From the NCBI GenBank assembly GCA_013139985.1, contig WSZT01000164.1, positions 1-54,835 on the forward strand: a stretch of 54,835 nt of DNA, given 5' to 3'. How positions within the stretch are numbered: position 1 is the first letter of the stretch; every line of letters begins with the position of its first letter. Shown here one piece after another: positions 1 to 8,667 of this stretch. The notes beneath the pieces are model-generated. The model was not told the origin of the DNA. It searched no databases and saw only the letters and a list, made by a program, of their open reading frames with translations. Made by a program: the position numbers and the translations under genes. Source of the DNA: Candidatus Methanophagales archaeon. GTDB lineage: Archaea; Halobacteriota; Syntropharchaeia; Alkanophagales; Methanospirareceae.

Positions 1-540
1 ACTCATAGATGAGCAAACAGAGCAATTGCATGGCAAATCCTCCAATTCACTCAGGCTTAGCTCGCCTTCTTCCATCTGATAAATGCCCTGATAACCTTTT
101 ATTACTGCATTTAGATTGTCAATTATGTCCACACCCAGGTAAAACAGTAATGCTGCATTTTCCGCGGTCGCTATTACCGGAACCCACAACGCAACATCCG
201 GCGGTATTGTGTTCCGCGCATTAATAACTCGGTGCACGAAATCCCGTGGGCTGTTGAGCATGTTAGATGCAAATGCGAGCACGAAGAAGTCGGCAGACCT
301 AGGGGCTTCATTCTTGGTGTACAGAGGATGTACTTCGGGCAGAAGGACCGCACCGCGTGGGGCGTTCCATGTCTCGCCCGACGCTAAATCGTTAAAGTTC
401 GAATCTGCCACAGTCAGCTCTTTGAGTTCTTCCGCATGCTCTACCGTGAGCATCAGCGGTGTTTGTGTAACTTCGCTTAGCTGTAATTGCCCTATCCTCG
501 CTGCACCGTCTCTCTTTCTTACTTCGTAGAATTTTGTCAT
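1..540 (-). CDS. tgtA: archaeosine tRNA-guanine(15) transglycosylase, N-terminal part (gene runs off the window edge)
   Basis: Minus-strand frame is open from the ATG at 540-538 to position 1, so the ORF track missed it (no stop in window). Translation starts MTKFYEVRKRDGAARIGQLQ, the TGT N-terminal signature. It reaches a CNCSVCS zinc-site motif at the window edge. Confidence 0.85.
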   Translation of the reverse strand, partial: MTKFYEVRKRDGAARIGQLQLSEVTQTPLMLTVEHAEELKELTVADSNFNDLASGETWNAPRGAVLLPEVHPLYTKNEAPRSADFFVLAFASNMLNSPRDFVHRVINARNTIPPDVALWVPVIATAENAALLFYLGVDIIDNLNAVIKGYQGIYQMEEGELSLSELEDLPCNCSVCSSMS

Positions 541-587
541 TGCTTTTTATTGTATATAACGTATAACTTCTAGCTATTTAATTTAGG

Positions 588-643
588 ACGCAGATTTACA
601 CGGATTTGGTTTTTTTCTGTGTTAATCAGAGTTAATCTGTGTC
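588..643. repeat. short palindromic intergenic element (family 2), copy 1
   Basis: GACGCAGATTTACACGGATTTGG-T7-CTGTGTTAATCAGAGTTAATCTGTGTC; the two arms are imperfect inverted repeats. An inverted copy lies at 26189-26250. Confidence 0.6.
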
Positions 644-654
644 AATAATTATTT

Positions 655-2127
655 TTAGTTGGATATTATGCTTTCTTTAACATATTCAAGCAACTGTTTG
701 TGCAACTCAACCATAGCCAATGTATCTTGCTTGCAATAGTCCAAAAGGTTCCTTTTTAGCGTTTCCGCTTCGTCCTCACCATATTTACCAAGCGCCAATA
801 AAGCAAAAACAGACATAGCTGTATAACCATCTCCGATTTCCAGGCCCTCATACGACATTTCCGGCACCAGGACCGGTAGTGTCCGCTTTATTGATGTGCG
901 GCCATGAAAATCAGGATGGTAAAAATTCTTTCTGATGATTGCTTCAAGATCTACCAAACGGCCTATCAAAAGATTCAAATCTGCCGACAGGTTCGGATAT
1001 AATCTTGCAAGGCTGTTTATGACGGTCTTCTCAAAAGAGGTATAAGCGATAATACTACCATCGCCGTTGAGATCTGCGATCAAATGCCCCGCAAGATCTC
1101 GCCGGCAATCTCTGCCCGGATCAGTCAGATATTCGGAATGCTTGACAACAAGACCTGGCTCAGAGCACTTATGTATGGAATATTGCGTAGGTAGCTGAGT
1201 ATAGGGTGTAATATCGCGATATAACGGTATTGCCGTCATAACCGTCTCGAAGTCAAGGTAATAGGCAGGCCACGAAACAGTTTCTAATTCTGTTTTAAGT
1301 CTAGCTTCGATCTGCGGTTTCTTTAATTGCACGCACTCTTTTGCTCTAACCTGATTTCCCGTCAACGGTAATCCGGGCGGGATGTCTTCGATACAAACGA
1401 TGCCCGATTCCGTTAATGCCTCAAATCTTGCTTGATTCAATCGTGGCAGGTCGAATATATGATTTTCAATCCCTTGCCCTGTGCAGTCTTTGAACAGTTC
1501 ACAACTGCGGCATTCAAATCGTAGTTTGGGCTCCGGTTTTTCGCGCATTCCTGTTAATTCTTCTAGTTCTGCACAAACCGGTTTGAATTCGACTATTCGA
1601 GCTTTTACAGTGTCGGTGTGATCTATCGCCACAAACAGTTTTTCTGATGGCATCCCCAGCCGGAACTCCTTAGAAATCAATAATAAAGAGACCGTAGCTA
1701 TGTTGTATCCCGCACGTTCAATAATCATAGCGGTATATGCCATGTCGTCAATGAATTTCTGTTTGCCGTTTACACTGGATTTGACTTCTATCATGTGCCA
1801 ACGCCCGTCATTGTTGCGCATTAATATGTCAGCTCTTGTGGTGAAATTATCAATACGGAAGGCAGCCTCGAAAAGTGTTGACTCGTTTTTGTTACGCATC
1901 AAATTCGTTGTCTCCGCCACGGCGGAGTCTAAATCGCGGGCGGCGATTAAGATACCATCGGGATACAGTGCTCGTGCACGTATTCCGATTTCTAATCCTT
2001 GCTCTATTTGGTATTTTTCGGCAGCGGTTATAGTCCTATGCTTTTCTTCTCCTTTTTGCCGCATTAACCAGCCTAAGGTGGGACATGTCAGTGCAGTTAA
2101 GAAGATGCGCTTTGTGATGTTTCGCAT
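655..2127 (-). CDS. DUF2779-type protein: N-terminal PD-(D/E)XK/Cas4-like nuclease region with a Cys cluster, plus C-terminal DnaQ/RNase H-like exonuclease region
   Basis: 490-aa ORF. It contains IEVKSS, FECRSCELFKDC and YYLDFET..IAYTSFE..DYCKQDTLAM, as in DUF2779 proteins. Confidence 0.7.
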   Translation of the reverse strand: MRNITKRIFLTALTCPTLGWLMRQKGEEKHRTITAAEKYQIEQGLEIGIRARALYPDGILIAARDLDSAVAETTNLMRNKNESTLFEAAFRIDNFTTRADILMRNNDGRWHMIEVKSSVNGKQKFIDDMAYTAMIIERAGYNIATVSLLLISKEFRLGMPSEKLFVAIDHTDTVKARIVEFKPVCAELEELTGMREKPEPKLRFECRSCELFKDCTGQGIENHIFDLPRLNQARFEALTESGIVCIEDIPPGLPLTGNQVRAKECVQLKKPQIEARLKTELETVSWPAYYLDFETVMTAIPLYRDITPYTQLPTQYSIHKCSEPGLVVKHSEYLTDPGRDCRRDLAGHLIADLNGDGSIIAYTSFEKTVINSLARLYPNLSADLNLLIGRLVDLEAIIRKNFYHPDFHGRTSIKRTLPVLVPEMSYEGLEIGDGYTAMSVFALLALGKYGEDEAETLKRNLLDYCKQDTLAMVELHKQLLEYVKESIISN

Positions 2128-2320
2128 GATGGTTCCCCCATATATCTAAATAAAATTAAATTGAAGCAAATCTCACATCTCATTAACGATATTTTCCATC
2201 TTTCTAGTATCCTCTTCCGCGGCTATCCTGAATTTCTTAATCATGTTAATACATCCGGCTCATTTTTTTATTCTTTCTTTAATGTCTTTGAGTCCAATTT
2301 ACCCTATGATAACCACTTAA

Positions 2321-3403
2321 TCACCCCAAATACCCCTCAACATTTTTATAATCGAACTTCTCCGTATCAAGCACATTATTTATAAAATTGAACATTTTCA
2401 GTCTTGTATCCGCCGAGATATTCGGGTACCAGATAGGTGAGGCGACTACGAGCCCTCGAAACGCATAAAATGGCTGTATCGCTTCCAGCAATTCATAATC
2501 GCCTGTCTTTTCGAGATACACATCGAAAAACAATTTGAACAATCGCATAAAATCCTTATCAACTTCCGCACCATCAGTTTTAAGAAGCCCGAAGAAGAGA
2601 TAATTTATTGTCATCGAGGATACATCGTCAGCAGCTTCGCCCCATTCGCCTCTACTTCGGTCGAGCGCCGTAAAATCAGTCCCTTCACGGAAAAGGACAT
2701 TCCAGGGATGAAAATCACCATGTACGATGCACAACCTTTTTGTTCGCTCCTTCAGTTGCCATCGCCAGTCTATGCATTTCTTCTCTATATCCTTCAGCTC
2801 GTCGCTCGTTATGAACTCATTTCTGGGTGGATAACTGTCTGTGAGCCCGAAGATACATTCGCTATGCCCGACCAACTCCCGTAATCTACGCACATAAAGT
2901 CCCGCATCTGCTTTTTTGACCGCATGAATATCAGCCAAATAGGCAGCCAGCGCAGAGGCTCTATCTTCATCCTCTTTTCTTAAATCACCGCCTTCTCTTA
3001 ACCTATCCAGGTCCATAGCGTACTCGTCACCGTCTACTTTCTCGCATACAATGAAATATTCTTCTGCATCGCCTGCTGATTCCATCCCACCATCTTTCGT
3101 AAAGTAGCCGACATCGAGCGATTTAACGTGCTTCGGCAGCGTATTGAATGCGTGATGCTGCCAAATCAATATCTGCGCACGGTCCGAGAGATGGTCATGC
3201 CCGAACCCATCACCCTTCATCGAAGAGATAACCACTTCTTTCCTCTCCCCTTCTCCCGTCTCAAACACGATAAAGTAAGGTTTGCCATACCCAAACCCTT
3301 TTATCTCTTCGCCTTGTTTTGACTCCAGACCTTTTACGCTTTCTATTTTTACCGGTGTTCTGAACGTGTTCTCTAAGTATCCTCTTACTTTTTCTTCTAA
3401 CAT
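2321..3403 (-). CDS. aminoglycoside phosphotransferase (APH)/choline-kinase-like small-molecule kinase family protein
   Basis: 360-aa ORF with the catalytic-loop motif CIVHGDFHPWNVLF followed by ALDRSRGEWGEAADD. Confidence 0.75.
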   Translation of the reverse strand: MLEEKVRGYLENTFRTPVKIESVKGLESKQGEEIKGFGYGKPYFIVFETGEGERKEVVISSMKGDGFGHDHLSDRAQILIWQHHAFNTLPKHVKSLDVGYFTKDGGMESAGDAEEYFIVCEKVDGDEYAMDLDRLREGGDLRKEDEDRASALAAYLADIHAVKKADAGLYVRRLRELVGHSECIFGLTDSYPPRNEFITSDELKDIEKKCIDWRWQLKERTKRLCIVHGDFHPWNVLFREGTDFTALDRSRGEWGEAADDVSSMTINYLFFGLLKTDGAEVDKDFMRLFKLFFDVYLEKTGDYELLEAIQPFYAFRGLVVASPIWYPNISADTRLKMFNFINNVLDTEKFDYKNVEGYLG

Positions 3404-3418
3404 TGCTTTTTGTAACAG

Positions 3419-3543
3419 ACCACAAGATTACACGGATTTCCACGAGAAAAAGAATAATATTAACATACGTCCTATACAGTATTAGCTATTTTATACCCGA
3501 ATAATTCCCTGTTCTTGTGTTAATCTTGTGAAATCTCGTGGTT
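3419..3543. repeat. MITE-like intergenic element (family 1), copy A, about 125 bp with terminal inverted repeats
   Basis: Termini are ACCACAAGATTACACGGATTTCCACGAG and CTTGTGTTAATCTTGTGAAATCTCGTGGTT. The full length aligns in reverse orientation with 7069-7194. Confidence 0.8.
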
Positions 3544-3572
3544 TTTTATTTGGCTATACAAATACTTTTATT

Positions 3573-3968
3573 TTATTTCGCCAGCACAAACTTCGTCCCG
3601 TAGTAAATTATGCCCCTCTCGCCCTCTTCGCCTATCTTCCTGAACACCGAACTGACCCGCATCCCCGTACTTATCTCTTCTGGCTCGCATATCACTTCAG
3701 AAAGTAAACGAGGGCCTTCATCGAGCTTGATAGTCGCCAGAGTATATGGTGTTTGCCGGTTGGGGTTCTTCGGCGCTTGATAAACAGTAGTATAAGTAAC
3801 AACCTCGCCAGTCCCTTTGAATTGATAACGCTCGATATTCCCGTCACGTCTGCATTTTGGGCACACGATACGCGGCGGGAAAAAGAAACTACCACAAGTC
3901 AAACAGTGTGTCCCCTCCAAATTATAACGAGATGCTTGCTCCCGCCAGAATTTTGCCGTTGACACCAT
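3573..3968 (-). CDS. DUF35 family Zn-ribbon/OB-fold protein (acyl-CoA-associated scaffold family)
   Basis: 131-aa ORF with CLTCGSFFFPPRIVCPKCRR, a four-Cys ribbon, followed by an OB-fold-like C-terminus. Confidence 0.8.
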   Translation of the reverse strand: MVSTAKFWREQASRYNLEGTHCLTCGSFFFPPRIVCPKCRRDGNIERYQFKGTGEVVTYTTVYQAPKNPNRQTPYTLATIKLDEGPRLLSEVICEPEEISTGMRVSSVFRKIGEEGERGIIYYGTKFVLAK

Positions 3969-3971
3969 CTT

Positions 3972-5000
3972 TTATTTATACCTCCATTGACTTGACATTT
4001 TCATCATCATCTCTTCTAAAGGTATAATAGTATTTAAAGAATAGCAAAGTTTTAAATCCGCTTCGCCTTCGTATAGCACAAGCCTGGCGAATAATTTCGA
4101 TGACTTTTTCCGCTCTGCTCTCATCTTCCTTCGCAACGCCTCATGTATCTCAACAAGAATTTCCTTTCCGTCTATTCGCTCTCCGCGTATCAAGAATTCT
4201 AACCCTGCCCGCACGTCTTTATGCCGAGATGCGAACGCCGAATCTATCAACTCCTCTGCGGTTCTTCTCTGGAAGAACGCATTTTCCGCTACCACTTCTA
4301 GCCCGTCTTCATCAATAGTATCCGAGTTTGTTGCTGCTGCTTCTAGCATGTTTATCGCAACGCCTGCATCGCCTCTCGCATATCCATTCAGTGCCTTTAA
4401 CCCACCTCCCGTGATTTTTAGCCCTTCCGCATCAGATATTAGCCTTATCAATCTACCAAACGCATCGATTTCTGCTAACGATGGGAAACGGAAATTTAAG
4501 CATCTTGATCTTATAGCGGGAATGACACTGGTTGCCTTTGTGGTGGCGAAGATGAACCTACAGGTTTTACTGCTTTGTTCCATAACCCTTCGTAAACCTT
4601 GCTGCAGATATACTGGAAGATAATCCGCATTACTGAAAAATAATAGTTTGAACGGAGCATTTAGGGGTGACAACGATGCATATTCCTTTATCATCGCCTT
4701 AAATATGTTTATTGCTGATTTCTGCTCATCGTAAAAGAACTTGAATCTCTTATCCGCTTTCAACCATTTTTTACGCTCTTCAATAAAATCCCGGCATTCT
4801 ATACGCAGGAGGTTCTCATCGTCACCATAGAACTCACTCGCAAGTGCATAAACCAAAGAAGTCTTGCCTGTACCTTTTGGACCCCAGAGCAATAGGTTAG
4901 GTATCGTTTTCTCCTTGACAAAACCATTTAGTCGTTTCACCACCTCATCATGCCCTAAAATCTCGTGCAACTGTTTCGGCCTGTATTTTTCGGTCCACAT
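3972..5000 (-). CDS. replication factor C small-subunit paralog with a degenerate Walker B
   Basis: Contains WTEKYRP (RFC box II), Walker A GPKGTGKTS and SRC motif AIRSRCLNFRF. The DEAD box is replaced by FSNAD. Start placed at the in-frame ATG at 5000; the track's TTG is at 5009. Confidence 0.8.
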   Translation of the reverse strand: MWTEKYRPKQLHEILGHDEVVKRLNGFVKEKTIPNLLLWGPKGTGKTSLVYALASEFYGDDENLLRIECRDFIEERKKWLKADKRFKFFYDEQKSAINIFKAMIKEYASLSPLNAPFKLLFFSNADYLPVYLQQGLRRVMEQSSKTCRFIFATTKATSVIPAIRSRCLNFRFPSLAEIDAFGRLIRLISDAEGLKITGGGLKALNGYARGDAGVAINMLEAAATNSDTIDEDGLEVVAENAFFQRRTAEELIDSAFASRHKDVRAGLEFLIRGERIDGKEILVEIHEALRRKMRAERKKSSKLFARLVLYEGEADLKLCYSLNTIIPLEEMMMKMSSQWRYK

Positions 5001-5005
5001 CCGTT

Positions 5006-5599
5006 TCAATCGCGTACGTTCCTTCTTTCTTCCCTCTGCGTAGCTTTATCTAACGCAATTCCAAGTGCTTTAAATATCGCCTCTACTTTGTGGTGTTCGT
5101 TCTCGCCCTTTGCATAGACATGGATAGTGAAGTTAGCATGAGAGGCGAAAGAGGATATGAAATGCGGGATGTTCTCTGTGCTAACATCCTCTACCTGTTC
5201 TTTACTGATGCCCGCCTCGAACACGGTATATCGTCTGCCATCACCGCCTATTCCGCCTATGTCCACTGCGCATCGTGCGATGGACTCGTCCATGGGTATA
5301 TCAGCATAGCCAAACCGCACCGTATTTTCTCGGCCGTCCGATCCACCAAGTGCTTCTTTAAACGCATCACCCAAAACAATACCGGTATCTTCTATAATAT
5401 GGTGGTTCAAGTCGCCCTCCGCCTTCACCACCAGATCAAAAAACCCATGCTTCGAGAAGGATGCGAGCATATGGTCAAAGAATTTTATCGTTGTGCTTAT
5501 TTCATGCGTGCCCGTACCGTCAAGGTTCAATTCTACCACTATATTCGTCTCTTCTGTCTCCCTTTTTATACTTGCGCTTCTCATTTTTGGAGCTCCCAT
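5006..5599 (-). CDS. hisB: imidazoleglycerol-phosphate dehydratase
   Basis: Contains RETEETNIVVELNLDG, FFDHMLASFSKHG, DLNHHIIEDTGIVLG and GENEHHKVEAIFKALG. Start moved to the internal ATG at 5599, because the longer ORF overlaps the upstream CBS gene. Confidence 0.9.
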   Translation of the reverse strand: MGAPKMRSASIKRETEETNIVVELNLDGTGTHEISTTIKFFDHMLASFSKHGFFDLVVKAEGDLNHHIIEDTGIVLGDAFKEALGGSDGRENTVRFGYADIPMDESIARCAVDIGGIGGDGRRYTVFEAGISKEQVEDVSTENIPHFISSFASHANFTIHVYAKGENEHHKVEAIFKALGIALDKATQREERRNVRD

Positions 5600-5642
5600 A
5601 TCAGTGTTCAATGTATTTTTTATATAAAACCGAACCCCTACT

Positions 5643-6425
5643 TCACCGCGTTCTCTTATATGGTAAGCGAAACTCTTTTCCCGTGCCGTGCCGATAATCA
5701 TGGAACCTGGAAACGCCAGTGCCTAAGCTGGACACCGTTTGCTGCTTCCGCCAGTAAGTGATATGCCGGAATTTCCGCAATACCTCTTCTAACCGCTTCT
5801 TTTGCTCTTCTAGTGGTAACGCCTCCTCATTATAGAGCTGTCCCAGACTCTCAAATACGCCTTTTAGCTCTTTATCGTCCATGTAATGACTCACGAGTTT
5901 ACTCAGTTCTTCATACACCTCTTTCAACCGTTCCTGGTAGCTAGTCACATCTTCTCGAGCTAAAAAGCCCACGCAATCGCTTAAAGACTTCTCGAGCCGG
6001 TCGAGAGTCCACCCACTTGCTAAGACACGCACCTCGGGATAGAATCGCTTTACATACTCAGGCTGCAGCGTTAAGATATTTCTAACGCTTACAACGCCAA
6101 TGAGCACGCCATTGTCAACCACCGGCAGACGTTTTATGCCGCTCTTTGCTGCGAGTTTAGATGCTTCCTCTACTGATGTGTCTGACCCCACGGTGATTAG
6201 AGGAGAAGTCATTATCTCTTTTGCTTTTACCTCACTTGCCAGTTTATTCTTCAATAGGACCTTTAAAGCGATGTCACGCTCTGTGATAATGCCTGCAGGT
6301 TTGCTTTCCGCAGTTATAACTACGCTCCCTACACCCAGTTCCTCCATAATACTCGCTATTTTAATGATCCCCGTATCTACATCTTCGGTGATGGCCGGAC
6401 TGCTCATTATCTCACGGATTTTCAT
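5643..6425 (-). CDS. CBS-pair domain protein with a helical C-terminal extension
   Basis: 260-aa ORF with two CBS motifs (IMSSPAITED..GIITERDI and IMTSPLITVG..LIGVVSVRNIL). Confidence 0.8.
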   Translation of the reverse strand: MKIREIMSSPAITEDVDTGIIKIASIMEELGVGSVVITAESKPAGIITERDIALKVLLKNKLASEVKAKEIMTSPLITVGSDTSVEEASKLAAKSGIKRLPVVDNGVLIGVVSVRNILTLQPEYVKRFYPEVRVLASGWTLDRLEKSLSDCVGFLAREDVTSYQERLKEVYEELSKLVSHYMDDKELKGVFESLGQLYNEEALPLEEQKKRLEEVLRKFRHITYWRKQQTVSSLGTGVSRFHDYRHGTGKEFRLPYKRTR

Positions 6426-6621
6426 TTTTACTCTTTCGCTTCTGTCCCCTTTTCCAGCTTAGCATCTACATTCTTTAACTGTTGATTATATATTGATAAA
6501 AAGTTTCAGATAATTTAAAACCCGATCCTATCAAATATACCCTATTTTTTATGCCCGCTAAAAACCGAAAAGCTTACATGAGTCCCAGGTATATGTTTCT
6601 CATACATGCTGCACCGGTTAG

Positions 6622-7008
6622 GGCATACTAGGTGACGGGGAAGGCGACATCATAGCGAAATTCAAAGGTGAGCTATATCCTAATGGCAAATTTGTGGACG
6701 TATTAGAAAGTGAAGAGAAGCTCGTTGAACCAGGAGATACCTCTGAGATCACGGTATACTACAAGATAACGGCACCCGGCGATTATAAGACAAAAGGATA
6801 CGTGACCTATAGCGGAAAGGAGACCCAGAAAGAGGAAGTTTCATTTACCGTTTCGGAAGGAGACGCGAAATAAATAGCGAAAGTAGAAAAGGAGTAAGAA
6901 GAGAAAAAAGCGGCAGAATCGGAAAAGAAGGGGATTCCTGGTTTCGAGTTCGTGACCTGTATGATAGCCATAGCAGTCGTCCCCTTGCTGGTATCGGTTT
7001 ACCGCTGA
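6622..7008 (+). pseudogene. remnant of a PGF-CTERM-anchored surface protein (5'-truncated, two in-frame TAA stops)
   Basis: A single frame reads ..YYKITAPGDYKTKGYVTYSGKETQKEEVSFTVSEGDAK*, then ..EEKKAAESEKKGIPGFEFVTCMIAIAVVPLLVSVYR*. The second part is PGF, a TM helix and a basic tail. There is no start codon, and stops lie at 6871 and 6895. Confidence 0.5.
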
Positions 7009-7068
7009 GAGCGCGGTAAGAATACCTGAAAAGGATATGGAAAATGGTATTTGTATAGCTGAATAAAA

Positions 7069-7194
7069 AACCACGAGATTTCACAAGATTAACACAAGAA
7101 CTTGGGCTTATTCTGGTATACAATAGCTAATAGTATACCGAAACGATGATAATATTATCCTTTTTCTCGTGGAAATCTGTGTAATCTTGTGGTT
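7069..7194. repeat. MITE-like intergenic element (family 1), copy B, inverted relative to copy A
   Basis: AACCACGAGATTTCACAAGATTAACACAAGAAC...CTTTTTCTCGTGGAAATCTGTGTAATCTTGTGGTT. By eye it aligns over its full length to the reverse complement of 3419-3543, and the termini are nearly identical. Confidence 0.8.
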
Positions 7195-7232
7195 ATAAAA
7201 AGTAGCTAAACAAAAAACAATCCAAAAATGAC

Positions 7233-8363
7233 CTAGCCGCCTATCTTCATCTCACTAACAATCGCATCACCAACCTCGTTTGTCTTCGAGCTACCGCCGA
7301 GATCATACGTTCTCACCTTCCCTTTACGCAGGACCGTTTCAATTGCATTAATAACTTTTTCCGCTGCACTCTTCTCGCCAACGGCCTCTAAAAGCATAGC
7401 ACCAGCCCAAATAGTCGCTATCGGATTTGAAACGCCTTTACCCTTATATTTCGGCGCTGAGCCATGAATAGGCTCGAACATGGATACGCCATCGGGATTG
7501 ATGTTCCCGCCAGGAGCAAGACCCAAGCCGCCCTGTATCATCGCACCGAGGTCCGTTATAATATCGCCAAACATGTTCGGGGCGACAATGACCTGATACC
7601 ATTCGGGATTCTTAACGAGCCACATGCATAGTGCATCGACGAAATTGAAATCCGTCTCTATCTCCGGATATCCATGTGCAACTTCGGTGAACACTTCTCG
7701 CCAGAACCCGTAGCCGTGCGTTAGCACGTTTGCCTTATCCACACTCGTCACCTTGTTCTTACCCTGCGCTCGCGCAAGCTCAAAGGCATACTTCATCACT
7801 CGCTCGCAGCCCTCTCGCGTCAGAATACCTATTTGATACGCAAGCTCATCCGAATCGGTCTCGATGTCCAATCCGAACTTAACTTGGTATCGTTCACGTA
7901 CAATTTCCAACTTCTCGCTCTTCTTCCTGTTTTTTACCCTACCGCCAATGCCGACATAGAAATCCTCGGTGTTCTCTCGTACAACCGTGAAATCTATATC
8001 CGCAGGACCCTTACCGGCAAGAGGTGTGGGAACGCCTTCCAGAAGCTTCACTGGTCGTAAGTTCACGTATTGGTCGAAATAGAACCGCATATTGAGTAAT
8101 ATACCTTGCTCTAAGACGCCGGTATCCACTCGCGGGTCGCCAATGCACCCGAAAAATATCGTGTCGTACTGCGCCAACTCCTTCAACGTATCCTCATTTA
8201 TTAACTCGCCTGTACTTAGATAATGCTCTGCTCCATGTGGATATTCAACCCACTCGAGCTCAAAATTATCGAGCTCTGAAACCGCATCAAGCACCTTCAC
8301 GCCTTCACTTATTATCTCTGGCCCTATCCCATCGCCACGGATTACCGCGATATTATGCTTCAT
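7233..8363 (-). CDS. leuB: 3-isopropylmalate dehydrogenase / tartrate dehydrogenase-family beta-hydroxyacid oxidative decarboxylase
   Basis: 376-aa ORF. Contains [35 protein letters not shown] and [25 protein letters not shown]. Confidence 0.75.
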   Translation of the reverse strand: MKHNIAVIRGDGIGPEIISEGVKVLDAVSELDNFELEWVEYPHGAEHYLSTGELINEDTLKELAQYDTIFFGCIGDPRVDTGVLEQGILLNMRFYFDQYVNLRPVKLLEGVPTPLAGKGPADIDFTVVRENTEDFYVGIGGRVKNRKKSEKLEIVRERYQVKFGLDIETDSDELAYQIGILTREGCERVMKYAFELARAQGKNKVTSVDKANVLTHGYGFWREVFTEVAHGYPEIETDFNFVDALCMWLVKNPEWYQVIVAPNMFGDIITDLGAMIQGGLGLAPGGNINPDGVSMFEPIHGSAPKYKGKGVSNPIATIWAGAMLLEAVGEKSAAEKVINAIETVLRKGKVRTYDLGGSSKTNEVGDAIVSEMKIGG

Positions 8364-8443
8364 TTTTCTTTATCGCTTATATAATTCCGCTCTTGTAATG
8401 AAAAGCTTTAGCAAATAAATCTTCTCTGCCAAAACGATATTTC

Positions 8444-8665
8444 TCATTTTATCTTTGATAGATCCTTACCACCCAAAATAGAACCACGCATCTCTTTTAT
8501 TGATTTCCCCGCCTTTCTAAAATGAATATTGATTTCGCCATCTTTTTCGTACCAAATTACATACATCCCGTTCTCTATACCCTGACTATCCCGTATTGCC
8601 TTGGGAATCAATATCCGAAATCCTGATGTTACCTTCGTTTTGGCAATGATCATTATTCTCACCAA
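8444..8665 (-). CDS. AbrB/SpoVT (MazE-like) swapped-hairpin domain protein, antitoxin-like
   Basis: 73-aa ORF. KVTSGFRILIPKAIRDSQGIENGMYVIWYEKDGEINI is a typical SpoVT/AbrB fold signature. The start is ambiguous (TTG 8665, GTG 8662 or ATG 8653). Confidence 0.6.
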   Translation of the reverse strand: MVRIMIIAKTKVTSGFRILIPKAIRDSQGIENGMYVIWYEKDGEINIHFRKAGKSIKEMRGSILGGKDLSKIK

Positions 8666-8667
8666 AT

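Noticed and set aside
5090-5761. 223-aa plus-strand ORF, and the 231-aa extended version of hisB
   Set aside because: The plus ORF is antisense to hisB. The N-terminal 34 residues of the extended hisB ORF overlap the CBS gene and lack IGPD homology, so the internal ATG at 5599 is preferred.
6841-7123. 77-aa and 92-aa minus-strand ORFs
   Set aside because: They overlap the PGF-CTERM remnant and the 125-bp repeat, and their translations are low-complexity (Phe/Leu/Ser/Arg).
3419-7194. Whether the repeated CAC..GATT-unit sequences represent a CRISPR array
   Set aside because: There is no regular repeat-spacer periodicity. The copies are single, dispersed over tens of kb and in both orientations, and each is internally palindromic. 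No cas genes are in the window.
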